A DNA stretch of 60,185 nucleotides, counting the filler, from an uncultured bacterium (GTDB lineage: Bacteria > Auribacterota > CAZIXI01): the NCBI GenBank assembly GCA_964543115.1. It is 5 parts of 5 records of this genome, joined end to end, with 100 filler letters (N's around TTAATTAATTAA, not from the genome) between each part and the next. Parts side by side here need not be neighbours in the genome. Positions count along the whole stretch, not along the records: positions 1 to 12,134 come from CAZIXI010000088.1; 4 more parts are not named here. One strand, 5' to 3'. A program made the position numbers and the translations under genes. Under the pieces are notes generated by a model. The model was not told where the DNA came from and ran no database searches. It saw only the letters and a list, made by a program, of their open reading frames with translations. Below, piece by piece: positions 1-10,701 of the stretch (within the stretch, counting starts at the first letter, position 1; every line of letters begins with the position of its first letter).

Positions 1-3000
1 GCCAGTACTATCAATAAAAGCATCTCTTACATCTTCTGTGTTGTAATAATCCAAATCATAAAAATGCTTACACCCCGAAAGCTCCGCCAACGGAAATATC
101 TGAGAAAGATTTTGTCTTAACCGCTGTTTAAGTAGCTGAAAATGTAGCTCCTTCATTGCGGAATGAGGAGCAAGACAAGCTCGATCAATCTGTACCGCCG
201 GCGCAGGCGCTAAAAGCCTTTGACGGTATTCCCCAATCTCTGTCTGCGTAACAATACGTACCGGATCGCAAAAACCATCGGCATCACCGTCAATTGCCCG
301 TATATGCTGAATGATTCCTGCCGGACCGGCAAAACTGTTTTCTTGAAATACCTGCTGCTGCCATGAGCCCTCAGCATTCATAACAAATCTAACAAAATAA
401 TATTGCGTGCGTCCGCTGCGCAGAACAAAACCTATCGCATCATTCTCCGTATCATATTCACCCCAGGGTTTGGCCGTAACTATCCTACCCACACTAACCG
501 CCGCCATCGCTATTGCTCCCGTAATTCCGCCGTTTGCCAACCCGGCACGCAGCCGTTCTAAAAATGCCTTTCTGATTTTACCGGCAAGTACTATATCTTC
601 CTTTCCTTCACTGCTATCATACACTTCTCCATTTTCTGAAATCAGTATCTGTTCCGGCAAATCCTCTAGCATAGCTAAATCAGAAAATAATATATCTATA
701 CGTATTTCATCTATAATTTCAGCGGAGACTTCCGGCAGACTCAGATAGAGAAAATCAGCGCCCAAGCGATAAAAACCAATTATTTCTCTAGCTGCTGACT
801 GCCCGGGAAAACAAAAACGATAGATTGTTTGTTCTGCTTCTAGTATCGGCATCTCCCCTTCCCTGTCACCGGTATATATCTGCCGGAAAATAAATCCCAC
901 CTGTTGTTTTACGTGGGCTGGCAAAGCAACCCAATCAATATTTAGAGAGGTCTTATATTCCAGCCATTTTGCCTCAAACTTTTCATACTCCTTCAAGCTA
1001 GCATCAAATTCAGCCACCCTAATTAAGAATTCCTCATAAAGAATAAAATCTATAGGCGTACTGCATGCTGTCGTTTCCCTTTCTTCGCCAGGCAGTAATT
1101 GATTCAGTAAATCGTTAAAGTCAGCACGTAATTCGCTAGCCCATTCGCTTTCATTTGTTAGGTCTTGCTCCAATTCGGCAATAATAGCCAGTGCGTCGTT
1201 TAGTTGTTGCTGTCTTTCCAGAACGTTGTATTCCAAATTACTTTCATTGCCTCCATCCTCCCAGATTAACTTAAGCCCCAACGGTTTAAGAATTTTTTTC
1301 ATTAATTGGCGGAGAGCAGGTTCTTGTGCCTGCTGCATTAAAAATTGAAACATCGCTCTCAACCGGGTATCATCTTCTTCTGCTTCCAGGCTGGCATTTT
1401 CATTCAATAATAGATTGGATATATCCCAGGCCAGAACAGCAAAAATAAGCTCCATTTCTATTTTGCCATCTTTAATAAGATTGTGAATACTGCCGATAAG
1501 ATCTTCATCCTGCCGCACACTGTTCAGGGTATCGTATTTTTCCGCTCCGGTGGCAAGATCAGCCCTAATTGCCGTTAACACGGAATCAGGCAGAATACTG
1601 ACCGCGGCAAATTCAGCAGCCTTTCTTAATAAACCTTCGTACTGTTCTTCTGCCCGGGTAGCTGCGGCAATAATTCTTCTTAAGTTTTTCAGATCGTCAA
1701 GCAGCATTCTCTGCACAACCAGTTCCGGCAAACCTGAAATCACTTCGTTTATGGCCTGAGCCAGTGCAGTTAATTGTTTATATTCAACACCATTTCTAAA
1801 CGCCTGTTCCAGGCCCTGAATACGTGTCCGGCAGCGGGCAACTTTACTTTCCGCTGCAGCTAAAATTTCTTCTCTTTCTTTGGCCTGCTCAATCAGCGGT
1901 TTAATTTCCTGTAAATCTTCCAGGATGGTGCGCCACATAAACTTCAACTCCAATGGCGTTTCGGCCAGCCTCTCCGCTGCGGTGCTTTCCAAATCATTAA
2001 GTTCCCTTTCTGCCTCTGCCGCCTTTAATGTTTCCATTTCCAGTCCCTCCCCTAAACTGTTTATTCGCTTGGCAACGGTGTCACAAAATCTATCGGCATT
2101 TTCACTGGTAAAGCCCAAATGAACATTGCCTCCTTTAACATTCACCAACAAACCAAATCTGCTCATTAGCACAGCAGTTTCTTGCGGATGAAATTCCGCC
2201 ATTTTACAGGAGAGAGCAAATAGTATGTCTTTATTATCCTGGGCTATTTCACGCAGTAACTGTTCCAATATTTCCTGATAATCAACTTTATGCGCCCGTT
2301 TTCCTTTTTCATTGCGGTTACTTATCAATTCAGCGCAAAGATCAATGAATGCTCTATTGCCATCAGCTGCTTCCGCTAGCATCTCTTTTCCATAACTGTG
2401 GACAATACCTTCTCTTTGCTGGTCAGTGCACAGTTCCAGTACAGTCTGCAGATGCTCGGCATTCCTTACATCAAGCAGCAAGCGCACTATCCGTCCCAGC
2501 AATTTATCATTATCCGGATCCAGCGAAAGACAAACACGCAGAATGTCTTTTTGCTTTTTCTGCTCATCAGCACTGGGTTGACGAAACCGGGAAATACCAC
2601 AGAGAGAATTCAGCATGCAAAAACTTATTTCCGCCTTAACCTTCCTATCTGTGGCCTGTTGATACAGGCGATAGAGAATATCCAGCACCTCTGCGTGCTG
2701 ACCCAATTCTATTAAATGGGCCACGGTGGAAAGCAATAAGTGCCTCTGTTTGTCCGGCAGACAGGCAGGGAGTACATTATCGCGAACCATTTTGTCTAAT
2801 TGCCGATAATAATCACGCCTGCCCAAAACAGCCATCCGCTTTTGTGTATCTTCATATATTGATCTAAAAAAATCATAGTCAGTGGTAGTAAATTTAGTAA
2901 GTGACTGCATTCTCCTGGCCAATGCCTCCTGGGGATATCCCAAATAACGAAGCACAACAGATAAATCATATTGCACCTGCTGATCGGCAGACTCCTTTAA

Positions 3001-6000
3001 CCCGGCATACAATTCCTGGACGGACTGATCGCCGCCAGCGCATTTTAGGTATATCTCCGATACCTGCAGCCGCTGATTATCGGGATAACTTCTACGTCCA
3101 AGTGCAACCAATTCTGACGCTTTTTCGTATTCTCCCATGTAGAAAAATCCACTAACAATCTCCGAAATCTCTTCAACCCCTTTATCCACTATCGAGTCAT
3201 AATCCGCTGATCCAATAGTTTTTTTGGCTTTCTGCACCGCTTGTTGGAAATCCTCATTAACCATGGAACAACAAAAAAGATTCTGCTGCCATAATTCCCG
3301 GATATGCCGCCTCACCTTTTCCCTCTGTTCTTCCTCTTCTATGTGTTCTACCAGCCATTCCAGGCCACATCTCCCCTGCTTTGGTATTCCGGTAAGTAAT
3401 TCTATTATCTTTTCGTGTGCCGCCTGGTAATTTTCTGCCTCAATAAGCGCTTCTACCTCTGCTCTTTGGGCGATAATATCTTCTCTTTGTGCACGAAATG
3501 TCCGGTAAACTCTTGCCAATATTTCCAGCATCTCTCTTTCGGCATCAGCAAGTGTCTTATTTCTCTCCTTGGCCTTGATTAAAATGTCTCTCACAATGAT
3601 ATCGTTTAAGGTGGGATATTTATTGACAAAATGTTCTATTTCACATTCTAGCAACAGCTCTCGATACATTTCCGCTGTGCGCGGCGTAAACTGCAAGAGC
3701 GTTTGTTCCCATTCTTCTATGCTGACGGCAGTATTTCCCCGGCGGATATCCTCTTCAATTTGCCGTCTCTCTGCAATTGCTGCTGCCGCCTGGATAGCTG
3801 CCTTTGCATTATTTTCCGCCAGGCGGGCAGCAGATTCTTGCAAAAGAATCGCCAATGACCCAGAGGCTGTCTGCGCGGCACAGCGCAGCAGCAGCGGATT
3901 TATTCCCTTTAGCTTTTGTTTTTTCTTCTTTTTCTTATGGCTAGCAGCAATATTTTCTTCAACTAATTTTTCAATCAATTCAGCCAGATGCTGACAATCA
4001 ACCCCCGTTAGCCATCGCCGGGCCCGTTCCAATCCTAAAGTAGTTAATTCATTGTTACAATAGAGCATCAGCAGGTGAAGAGGCAGATATCCATTGAGGT
4101 GATAATTGAGCAATGGAGTAAAAAAATCAATTTTCTTGTTATTCAAGATTAATAATAAAAACCTTTTTCTCTGTTCACTCAATTCCGCCGAAGCATCAAC
4201 TTCCAGCACCAACTGACTCATTGGACGCTGTACATACAAAAGGTAATCAACTCCCTTCTCTGCTAAGGGCAGAATTACCGCCGAGTTTTCTGACACTTTT
4301 TCCAGCATTTGTACAAATTGCGTTTCTTTGTCAGCCATCCAGTACAATTGGGCCAGCACCAAATGGCCCATCGGCGCCATTGCCCCCAGTTTGTCCATCA
4401 AGCGATAATACTTAATTGCCTGCCTTGCGTTTTCTTCAACCCTCTCCCGGTCACCGCTCTTTTCAGCCGGTATCGTTGCTTGATAAAAGATCAGCCCTAC
4501 CCGATGAGCGGCATCACCGCGGATAGCCTCATTTAAAACTTTACCCTCAGCCACTGAACAAAGATACTCGCGGGCTCTTTCATTACCAACATCCGCTAAA
4601 AGTGTTCCCAATCGTGATCGTAACATCATGACTAAATATTCATTATCTCCTTCGGGAAACCAGTCCTCAAATTCTTCCCATTCCGCCAGGATTTCCTCAA
4701 TTCGTTCGCCTTTTTTAATTGCTACAGAGTCGGCAACATACTTTAACTCCATTGCTGTTTCCACAACCTCGGGCCTGACCAGCAATGGCGAGAGTCCCAG
4801 AAGGTTATTCTTCACAAAGTCCTGAGCCATTTTTTGTAAATTACTATCTGCCTTAACGGTTGATTCTACTATCTGTTTTTCTGTCATTCCGGCCAGCTCA
4901 GGATTCTGCAATAGCTCAGGCATATATTTTATGACCACCTGCAAATGCCTTTTACTTGCTAAAACACTTTCCATTAGCTCAGCCATTTCCGGGAAGCGTG
5001 CACAGAAATCAGCAAAATCAGCTAGCGACAAGTGACCTGCACGATACATCTTTAATGCTGGTTCTGCTTGCTCCAGTTTTTGCAGTACCTGCTCATATTT
5101 TTGCTGTCCTGCTTCATCCAGCTCTGACAGTGCCTCAACAACAGCATAAATAATCCGTGGAACAACCTCTACTCCGGCAGTCTTAGCCATAAGAATATTC
5201 AGTAGTAGGGCAAAATATTCATCCATTGAATAACCACTAATGCGGCAGATAAAGGAACGTATTATTGCGGGAGACAGTGCCGTTCGGGCAATCATGTTCT
5301 CCAGCAGGCAATTAATTTTCTTATACTGTTTGCTAAAGTCTATTTTCGCTAATGCTGCAGTCAGGGCCTCTTCGTACTGATCATATAATCCGGCAATCAG
5401 TCTTGCGGCCTGTGGAATGCTTGAAGTAAGCACATCATCATTTGCAGCAAATACTCGCTCAAACAAAACAGAGGCCTGCTCAATGTCATTTTCCTGTATA
5501 AGTGCCAGTGCCTGATACCAAAGAGCCATATTCTTTGTTTCGCTATTATTCCGGCATTTATTCTCCACGCTGCTCTTTAACTGCGGGCGCAGGGCACTTT
5601 CAGAACAGTCTGTTAACAATAAACGCATCCCCTCAGCATGAAACATATGTTGCTCCCGGCATTGCGACAAATTCACTAATGCCTGTTCTTTATCTGCAAG
5701 CATAAAATGGCACATGCCGCGATAATAACGTATTGTTTCTTCCATTCTCATTTCCTCAGCGTTTCTTTCTTTTGCCGGAACAGTTGCAGTAAGAGCTGGA
5801 GCAGGACCAGCGGGAGCAGCAGGCAGGGCACCAGCTACGCCTAAACCTTTTGCCAGCAATGATCTTTCCGGAGACGCCGGCCTGATTGAGGCCCATTTTT
5901 GCTCAGCAACAGAAAAGTAGTTAACAGCAGTATCATACCAGCCCAAATAGTAACAACTGCGGCCCAAAGCCACCATTGCCTTTATGCCCAGCATCGGACC

Positions 6001-9000
6001 AAAACGCGGCTGCAGGGCAGTAGCAATTTTTACCGCCGCCCGGTAAGCCTGGGCAGCAACATAATAATTATGTCCCTTTTCACAGCCTTGTCCCTGCAAG
6101 ATATAGAGGTTGTATAATTTTTCAATATCAGGCTGTTTTTTCGCTGTTTCCCTGGCAATAGCCTTGCCGCTTTTCTCAATAAACTCTTCAACATCAAAAT
6201 CATCTCTATCCAGCATGTTCCTTAATTGCGTCAAAGATACCGGCCGGTGATCACCCAGCCCAGCGACACCTGCCTGCTGGCGTTTTCCGCTTGCAGCAGC
6301 TTTTCGCCTGGTTCTTTTTCTTCTTTTTCTCGCAGCAGTAGGATCCTTTCTCATCTTCCTGGCCATACCTAACATGGGCAACATTAAGGATAAACCAAAA
6401 AGGAGAGACAGGATTGTACTATGCTCCGGAAACAGATCTCTAAGATTCATAATTATGGTTGGTAAAACCACTGCTAAGGCCCCTGCTATTCCAGGATGTG
6501 ATTCTGTTGCTTGTTCATCGTCATCATTGTCATCAAGATAGTCCTCTGGATTAATAACAATCTTCGGCACCGTAATCCGGAAAGGAATTTTGCTGAGGCG
6601 GTTACCCCAAACAATAATTAGTTTTCCTCTTTTATAGATTTTTCTCTCTCTTGCCTCTTCCAGACTGATCTCTATACAGGTATCGGGCTGAAAAAGCCAG
6701 GACTTTTTCGGAAACACTCTTCTTCTTCTGCCTAATTCTTCCTGAACAGCAACAATTTTTCCCGTTACCTCATCCGCAAATAGACATAACTGTGTTTCTC
6801 TAGTATTCCAACTAAAGGCATCCTCAACAGTTTCCCGCAGATCTTCATATCCCAGGCAATCGTCTCTCTGGTATTGGCTAAAAACCCCCAGCCCCACCAA
6901 TGCGCATAAACCCATCAATCTCTGCGGATCACTACTAAAATAAACTATGGGCATCATTGCTGCTCGTTCATCTTTTGCAAATATTATTAAACAATAACCA
7001 TCCTTGATCCTGCTCAGAAATGCCTTTTCTTTTTTACTTTTTAAGATTTGACCTTCTTGGATACAGGCCCAAATAATATTACGTATTTCTTCCTCTAGCT
7101 CATCATCTGATTTAGCGCTTCCTGTCAGTTGACGATACTCTGCTATGGTTCGCAGAATATCTTGGATGGAGAACATTGACTCTTGTTTTTCCAGAAAATC
7201 GAGTACTTTGTTTCGATAACGTCTGGTGCCGCGAAAAGATGCCTGGTTATTGCTTAAAAATTGCATTTTCCTAGCAGTAACACCTGGTATCTCCAATAAA
7301 TTATAACGTGTATTTCCCTCTTGCAGAAAATCTGCCAACAACGAAATTGCTAAGTGATCAACTAAATCCTCTTTTTCTTGATAGGAAAGTCCCGGCGGAA
7401 AAGATGTGCTGTCAACGACCAGAAACTCTGCTCCGCAGCTTACCAACGGCACAGAAAAGGAAGAAATGCCCTGTTTAGTGAGATAGTCAAAGTTAATTGT
7501 TTTTACTGCTAAATATTCTCCCCCCTCTTGTCCAAGATCAACATCAAGGGCAATATTCTTCCGGATAATCTTTTTTACTCTAGGTGATAGATACACCCAA
7601 AGTTCCGCTGAATGCTTCTTTAGTCTCTCTTCCACCCGACACAAAGTTGCTTCTCCTTTGGCAAGTAACTTTTGGAATTCACTAATTTGTTCAAGCTGCT
7701 GACGAATGATGAAACGAGCAATATTATCTTCGCTTACGGCAGCCTCTTCCGCCAAACCGGTACTGTTCACTAAAGCATCCACTCCGGTCCGTAAAGTGGC
7801 AAAATCAGTTCCTTCTAAAAATCTATCACGATAAAGTCTTAGTGCACGTTCAGCAGTGTCAATTTTCACTGGTGCTTTATCCTCAACCCACTTCAGAAAT
7901 ACCAGATGATTTTCTTTGGCCAAAGCCAGGTTATAATGCCAGAAAAAGCGGCTTATTTCTGCTGTTGCTACTTCCAACTCAGCCCAGTTCCTTAAAAACT
8001 CAATCACCCAAAATAAATCACTATACAATTCAGAATTACGTTGTTCATCAACTATCTGTTGACAAGCGGCAAAAAACACCGTTTGGCACTGTTCATCATC
8101 CGCCTCCAGCTGAGAGAGGCAAAAAGCCGCACTCTTGGCATCTCCTGTTGCCGCCCGCTGAATACAAGAAACATTATATTCGTAATTCGTTCTGTTTGCT
8201 TCTTCAATCTGCCGCTGTATTTCTGTTACTGTTCCAGAGAGAACATCCTGGATCTGTTTGGCCTGACATTTTTTATTATCCCGTAGCCCCTGCAGACAGG
8301 CAAGCACGGCGGGTGTGGGCGCGGTTTTGCAAAATTCTATTATGGCGCAGAATAATTCTACGTTCTTTATTTTCCTTTTCTTGCCTTTTTTGCTTCCCAC
8401 TGCTTGAGTTACTAGATTAACAATCTGCTCTTCCCCGGCAGAAAAATCCACGCCGGCCATTGCCTTGACTAATTTTATTTTATCCGGTGCCTGTAATGAC
8501 CGGCGGGAAAAAGACAAAGTCAAACTAACCGTCATCCGCAACAGGTTGCCAAACCCCTGCCGCAACTCGACGTATTCAGGATTGACTGCCAGCTGTCGCA
8601 CGCTCTCTGTTAAGGCTACCAATAATATCTCATTTCCGCAGATAACCTTGAAAATACCGGTACAACTCTCCGGCGGATAATCTCCTGATAATACATCAAA
8701 TAAAAATAACAGGATTAACCGGGCGATAATTCTGCTTGTCTCTTCCGGATCGCTAAGCTTTCTGGTAAATAACTGCCGTAACCGCTGAAATGCTAAATCA
8801 TGTTGGCCAAGAAACCCATGAAACAACACCCGGAATAACAAGAGCGTATCCCTGCTGGTTTCTTTTGACAAACCATTTTTCAGCGCCGCCTCAATATGAC
8901 TTAATCCTCGCTCCGCGTATTCTTTCTCATCAACAGCAAGTTCAATATCCGAACAGAGGGCCCGGTATCCAGTAAAGGCGGAATAAAAATACAATGCCCG

Positions 9001-10578
9001 CAGGATCCATTGTGATAAGGGGATATTAGTATCAAAGGCCCCTTCCACCAGCCCTATTCCCTGCAGCAGCACCACCAGGGCCTGATTATGGGAACCTTGC
9101 TCAACAAGTATCTGCCCGATATAACTGCAGGACCAGGCCCGCAGATGGGCTATCCCTGTTTTCTCGCATGTCCGGATCGTATTAAATACCTGCAGTTTCT
9201 CTTCCCGAGCCAGGCTGGCTGAATTAAAAACCACCACCATAAAAGCATGGACCAATTCAAAAGGCAGCCCGGCAAGCAACCGGCCATTGTCCTGACAAAC
9301 TAACACCGCCATCTCCGCATAGCCTTCACTGCGTCCCAGGACACAACGCTCCAGGGCATAAACGGTTTCTTCTATCTCTCGCTCTTCCTCACTTAGCTCG
9401 GCACCGGCCAACTCCCCCATTATACCCCAGACAACATCTGTCCCTTCGGGTAATCCTTCAGGCAATAATTCACGCAACCGGTCCAGTTCATCATCCCCTT
9501 CTGTTTCTTCTACCTCATCCGCTAACGCCACTAATTTATCAATAACCAGATCCGGGTTAACTACTCCGCTGCTGGATAACCGTTCGCCGGCTGCCTGCAT
9601 ATCTTCTCGCAACAAGGGCACTGCCCGGCCATGATAGTAGGCCCAGACCGCCTGACGAAAATAAGCCACCGCCCGTTCCTGCATCACCCTGGCTTCTTCA
9701 ACACTGCCCTTAATGCCGCAGGCCAAAGCCTGCTGCTGATAAGCCGTTCCTAACGTAGAATACAATTCATACTTGTAACATAAGATATCAGGATACTCAG
9801 CAACCACCCGCAGCAAAGCATCTTCCTGAGCCAGGATACTGTCGGTTCCCGGAATCACCGGTAAGTTTCCATCTTTTTCCTTGGCGGGTCCAGCCTTTCT
9901 GCTATGAGTACCGGCAGCTGCTGGACGCGCCTTCTTCTTCCGAACTTTGCGTCTTTTTACCATTCCGATAACCGGCAATCCCCAGAATAACACACTTAGC
10001 GCCAGCATTACTAAACTAAGGGCCGGTTCGTCAGCCAGCATTGCGCCCAACGCGCCTCCGGACAAGACAACTCCCAAGGCATTTTGCCCTTTTGCCGCTA
10101 AATCAGTTTGCTGATCCCTCTTACAGATTATCTGAACATTTTCGAGCGCGGCAAGCTCGGCACGCGTTGCCATGTTATCTTTTAGTATTTTAATCTCTAC
10201 ATCACCAATTCGCTCTTCCTGCAGAAGTGTTGCCAATGGGGGCAAGGCCTGGGAAGTATTGCTCCCTGCTTTGCGTACACTCACAATAACCGTACCATCA
10301 GCAATATAAACTGTTTGTGAGTCAGGCTGATAGACAATCATTGCCGGTATATCTGACGGCAGTCTTTCCGCCAGCTCTGACAATAGAATACCTGCCTGCT
10401 CTTGATCCCGGCTTGCTGCTTCAACAATCCTTATCGCCGCCTTAATAAATTCCGGCTGCCGTAGGCGTGTTTGCTGCTGCAAAGTATTACCCGTAATGTC
10501 CGCATAGACAGTTAGCGACTGTAGGGTAAACACCAGAATTACAAACCAGGTAATATAAGTAATGTATGAAGATTTCAT
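1..10578 (-). CDS. Giant secreted/membrane protein (at least 3526 aa, 3' end beyond window), TPR/alpha-solenoid-rich; absent from ORF track
   Basis: ATG at 10578. I checked the frame codon by codon down to position 1 and found no TAA/TAG/TGA; the nearest upstream in-frame stop is at 10621-10623. N-terminus MKSSYITYITWFVILVFTLQSLTVYA-D is signal-peptide-like. TPR-like segments include ALGRSCYYLGWYDTAVNYFSVA, YYRGMCHFMLADKEQALVNL and LWYQALALIQENDIEQASVLFERV. The short + strand ORFs listed here are antisense shadows. Confidence 0.93.
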   Translation of the reverse strand, partial: MKSSYITYITWFVILVFTLQSLTVYADITGNTLQQQTRLRQPEFIKAAIRIVEAASRDQEQAGILLSELAERLPSDIPAMIVYQPDSQTVYIADGTVIVSVRKAGSNTSQALPPLATLLQEERIGDVEIKILKDNMATRAELAALENVQIICKRDQQTDLAAKGQNALGVVLSGGALGAMLADEPALSLVMLALSVLFWGLPVIGMVKRRKVRKKKARPAAAGTHSRKAGPAKEKDGNLPVIPGTDSILAQEDALLRVVAEYPDILCYKYELYSTLGTAYQQQALACGIKGSVEEARVMQERAVAYFRQAVWAYYHGRAVPLLREDMQAAGERLSSSGVVNPDLVIDKLVALADEVEETEGDDELDRLRELLPEGLPEGTDVVWGIMGELAGAELSEEEREIEETVYALERCVLGRSEGYAEMAVLVCQDNGRLLAGLPFELVHAFMVVVFNSASLAREEKLQVFNTIRTCEKTGIAHLRAWSCSYIGQILVEQGSHNQALVVLLQGIGLVEGAFDTNIPLSQWILRALYFYSAFTGYRALCSDIELAVDEKEYAERGLSHIEAALKNGLSKETSRDTLLLFRVLFHGFLGQHDLAFQRLRQLFTRKLSDPEETSRIIARLILLFLFDVLSGDYPPESCTGIFKVICGNEILLVALTESVRQLAVNPEYVELRQGFGNLLRMTVSLTLSFSRRSLQAPDKIKLVKAMAGVDFSAGEEQIVNLVTQAVGSKKGKKRKIKNVELFCAIIEFCKTAPTPAVLACLQGLRDNKKCQAKQIQDVLSGTVTEIQRQIEEANRTNYEYNVSCIQRAATGDAKSAAFCLSQLEADDEQCQTVFFAACQQIVDEQRNSELYSDLFWVIEFLRNWAELEVATAEISRFFWHYNLALAKENHLVFLKWVEDKAPVKIDTAERALRLYRDRFLEGTDFATLRTGVDALVNSTGLAEEAAVSEDNIARFIIRQQLEQISEFQKLLAKGEATLCRVEERLKKHSAELWVYLSPRVKKIIRKNIALDVDLGQEGGEYLAVKTINFDYLTKQGISSFSVPLVSCGAEFLVVDSTSFPPGLSYQEKEDLVDHLAISLLADFLQEGNTRYNLLEIPGVTARKMQFLSNNQASFRGTRRYRNKVLDFLEKQESMFSIQDILRTIAEYRQLTGSAKSDDELEEEIRNIIWACIQEGQILKSKKEKAFLSRIKDGYCLIIFAKDERAAMMPIVYFSSDPQRLMGLCALVGLGVFSQYQRDDCLGYEDLRETVEDAFSWNTRETQLCLFADEVTGKIVAVQEELGRRRRVFPKKSWLFQPDTCIEISLEEARERKIYKRGKLIIVWGNRLSKIPFRITVPKIVINPEDYLDDNDDDEQATESHPGIAGALAVVLPTIIMNLRDLFPEHSTILSLLFGLSLMLPMLGMARKMRKDPTAARKRRKRTRRKAAASGKRQQAGVAGLGDHRPVSLTQLRNMLDRDDFDVEEFIEKSGKAIARETAKKQPDIEKLYNLYILQGQGCEKGHNYYVAAQAYRAAVKIATALQPRFGPMLGIKAMVALGRSCYYLGWYDTAVNYFSVAEQKWASIRPASPERSLLAKGLGVAGALPAAPAGPAPALTATVPAKERNAEEMRMEETIRYYRGMCHFMLADKEQALVNLSQCREQHMFHAEGMRLLLTDCSESALRPQLKSSVENKCRNNSETKNMALWYQALALIQENDIEQASVLFERVFAANDDVLTSSIPQAARLIAGLYDQYEEALTAALAKIDFSKQYKKINCLLENMIARTALSPAIIRSFICRISGYSMDEYFALLLNILMAKTAGVEVVPRIIYAVVEALSELDEAGQQKYEQVLQKLEQAEPALKMYRAGHLSLADFADFCARFPEMAELMESVLASKRHLQVVIKYMPELLQNPELAGMTEKQIVESTVKADSNLQKMAQDFVKNNLLGLSPLLVRPEVVETAMELKYVADSVAIKKGERIEEILAEWEEFEDWFPEGDNEYLVMMLRSRLGTLLADVGNERAREYLCSVAEGKVLNEAIRGDAAHRVGLIFYQATIPAEKSGDRERVEENARQAIKYYRLMDKLGAMAPMGHLVLAQLYWMADKETQFVQMLEKVSENSAVILPLAEKGVDYLLYVQRPMSQLVLEVDASAELSEQRKRFLLLILNNKKIDFFTPLLNYHLNGYLPLHLLMLYCNNELTTLGLERARRWLTGVDCQHLAELIEKLVEENIAASHKKKKKKQKLKGINPLLLRCAAQTASGSLAILLQESAARLAENNAKAAIQAAAAIAERRQIEEDIRRGNTAVSIEEWEQTLLQFTPRTAEMYRELLLECEIEHFVNKYPTLNDIIVRDILIKAKERNKTLADAEREMLEILARVYRTFRAQREDIIAQRAEVEALIEAENYQAAHEKIIELLTGIPKQGRCGLEWLVEHIEEEEQREKVRRHIRELWQQNLFCCSMVNEDFQQAVQKAKKTIGSADYDSIVDKGVEEISEIVSGFFYMGEYEKASELVALGRRSYPDNQRLQVSEIYLKCAGGDQSVQELYAGLKESADQQVQYDLSVVLRYLGYPQEALARRMQSLTKFTTTDYDFFRSIYEDTQKRMAVLGRRDYYRQLDKMVRDNVLPACLPDKQRHLLLSTVAHLIELGQHAEVLDILYRLYQQATDRKVKAEISFCMLNSLCGISRFRQPSADEQKKQKDILRVCLSLDPDNDKLLGRIVRLLLDVRNAEHLQTVLELCTDQQREGIVHSYGKEMLAEAADGNRAFIDLCAELISNRNEKGKRAHKVDYQEILEQLLREIAQDNKDILFALSCKMAEFHPQETAVLMSRFGLLVNVKGGNVHLGFTSENADRFCDTVAKRINSLGEGLEMETLKAAEAERELNDLESTAAERLAETPLELKFMWRTILEDLQEIKPLIEQAKEREEILAAAESKVARCRTRIQGLEQAFRNGVEYKQLTALAQAINEVISGLPELVVQRMLLDDLKNLRRIIAAATRAEEQYEGLLRKAAEFAAVSILPDSVLTAIRADLATGAEKYDTLNSVRQDEDLIGSIHNLIKDGKIEMELIFAVLAWDISNLLLNENASLEAEEDDTRLRAMFQFLMQQAQEPALRQLMKKILKPLGLKLIWEDGGNESNLEYNVLERQQQLNDALAIIAELEQDLTNESEWASELRADFNDLLNQLLPGEERETTACSTPIDFILYEEFLIRVAEFDASLKEYEKFEAKWLEYKTSLNIDWVALPAHVKQQVGFIFRQIYTGDREGEMPILEAEQTIYRFCFPGQSAAREIIGFYRLGADFLYLSLPEVSAEIIDEIRIDILFSDLAMLEDLPEQILISENGEVYDSSEGKEDIVLAGKIRKAFLERLRAGLANGGITGAIAMAAVSVGRIVTAKPWGEYDTENDAIGFVLRSGRTQYYFVRFVMNAEGSWQQQVFQENSFAGPAGIIQHIRAIDGDADGFCDPVRIVTQTEIGEYRQRLLAPAPAVQIDRACLAPHSAMKELHFQLLKQRLRQNLSQIFPLAELSGCKHFYDLDYYNTEDVRDAFIDSTG

Positions 10579-10701
10579 ATATATAAGCACAAAAGAAAAC
10601 CGGGAAGCTGGTTTAACCTCCTATCCTCTGAGATTAAAACGGCGACCCGGTCTTCTTGATCCCACAGGCGAAGCGGGGGTCTTCCGTTATCTAAGTTATG
10701 A

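Noticed and set aside
10579..10701. GC-rich stretch upstream of the giant gene as a riboswitch (e.g. c-di-GMP)
   Set aside because: It can form weak stems and has a GAAGACC repeat, but I could not match any riboswitch consensus.
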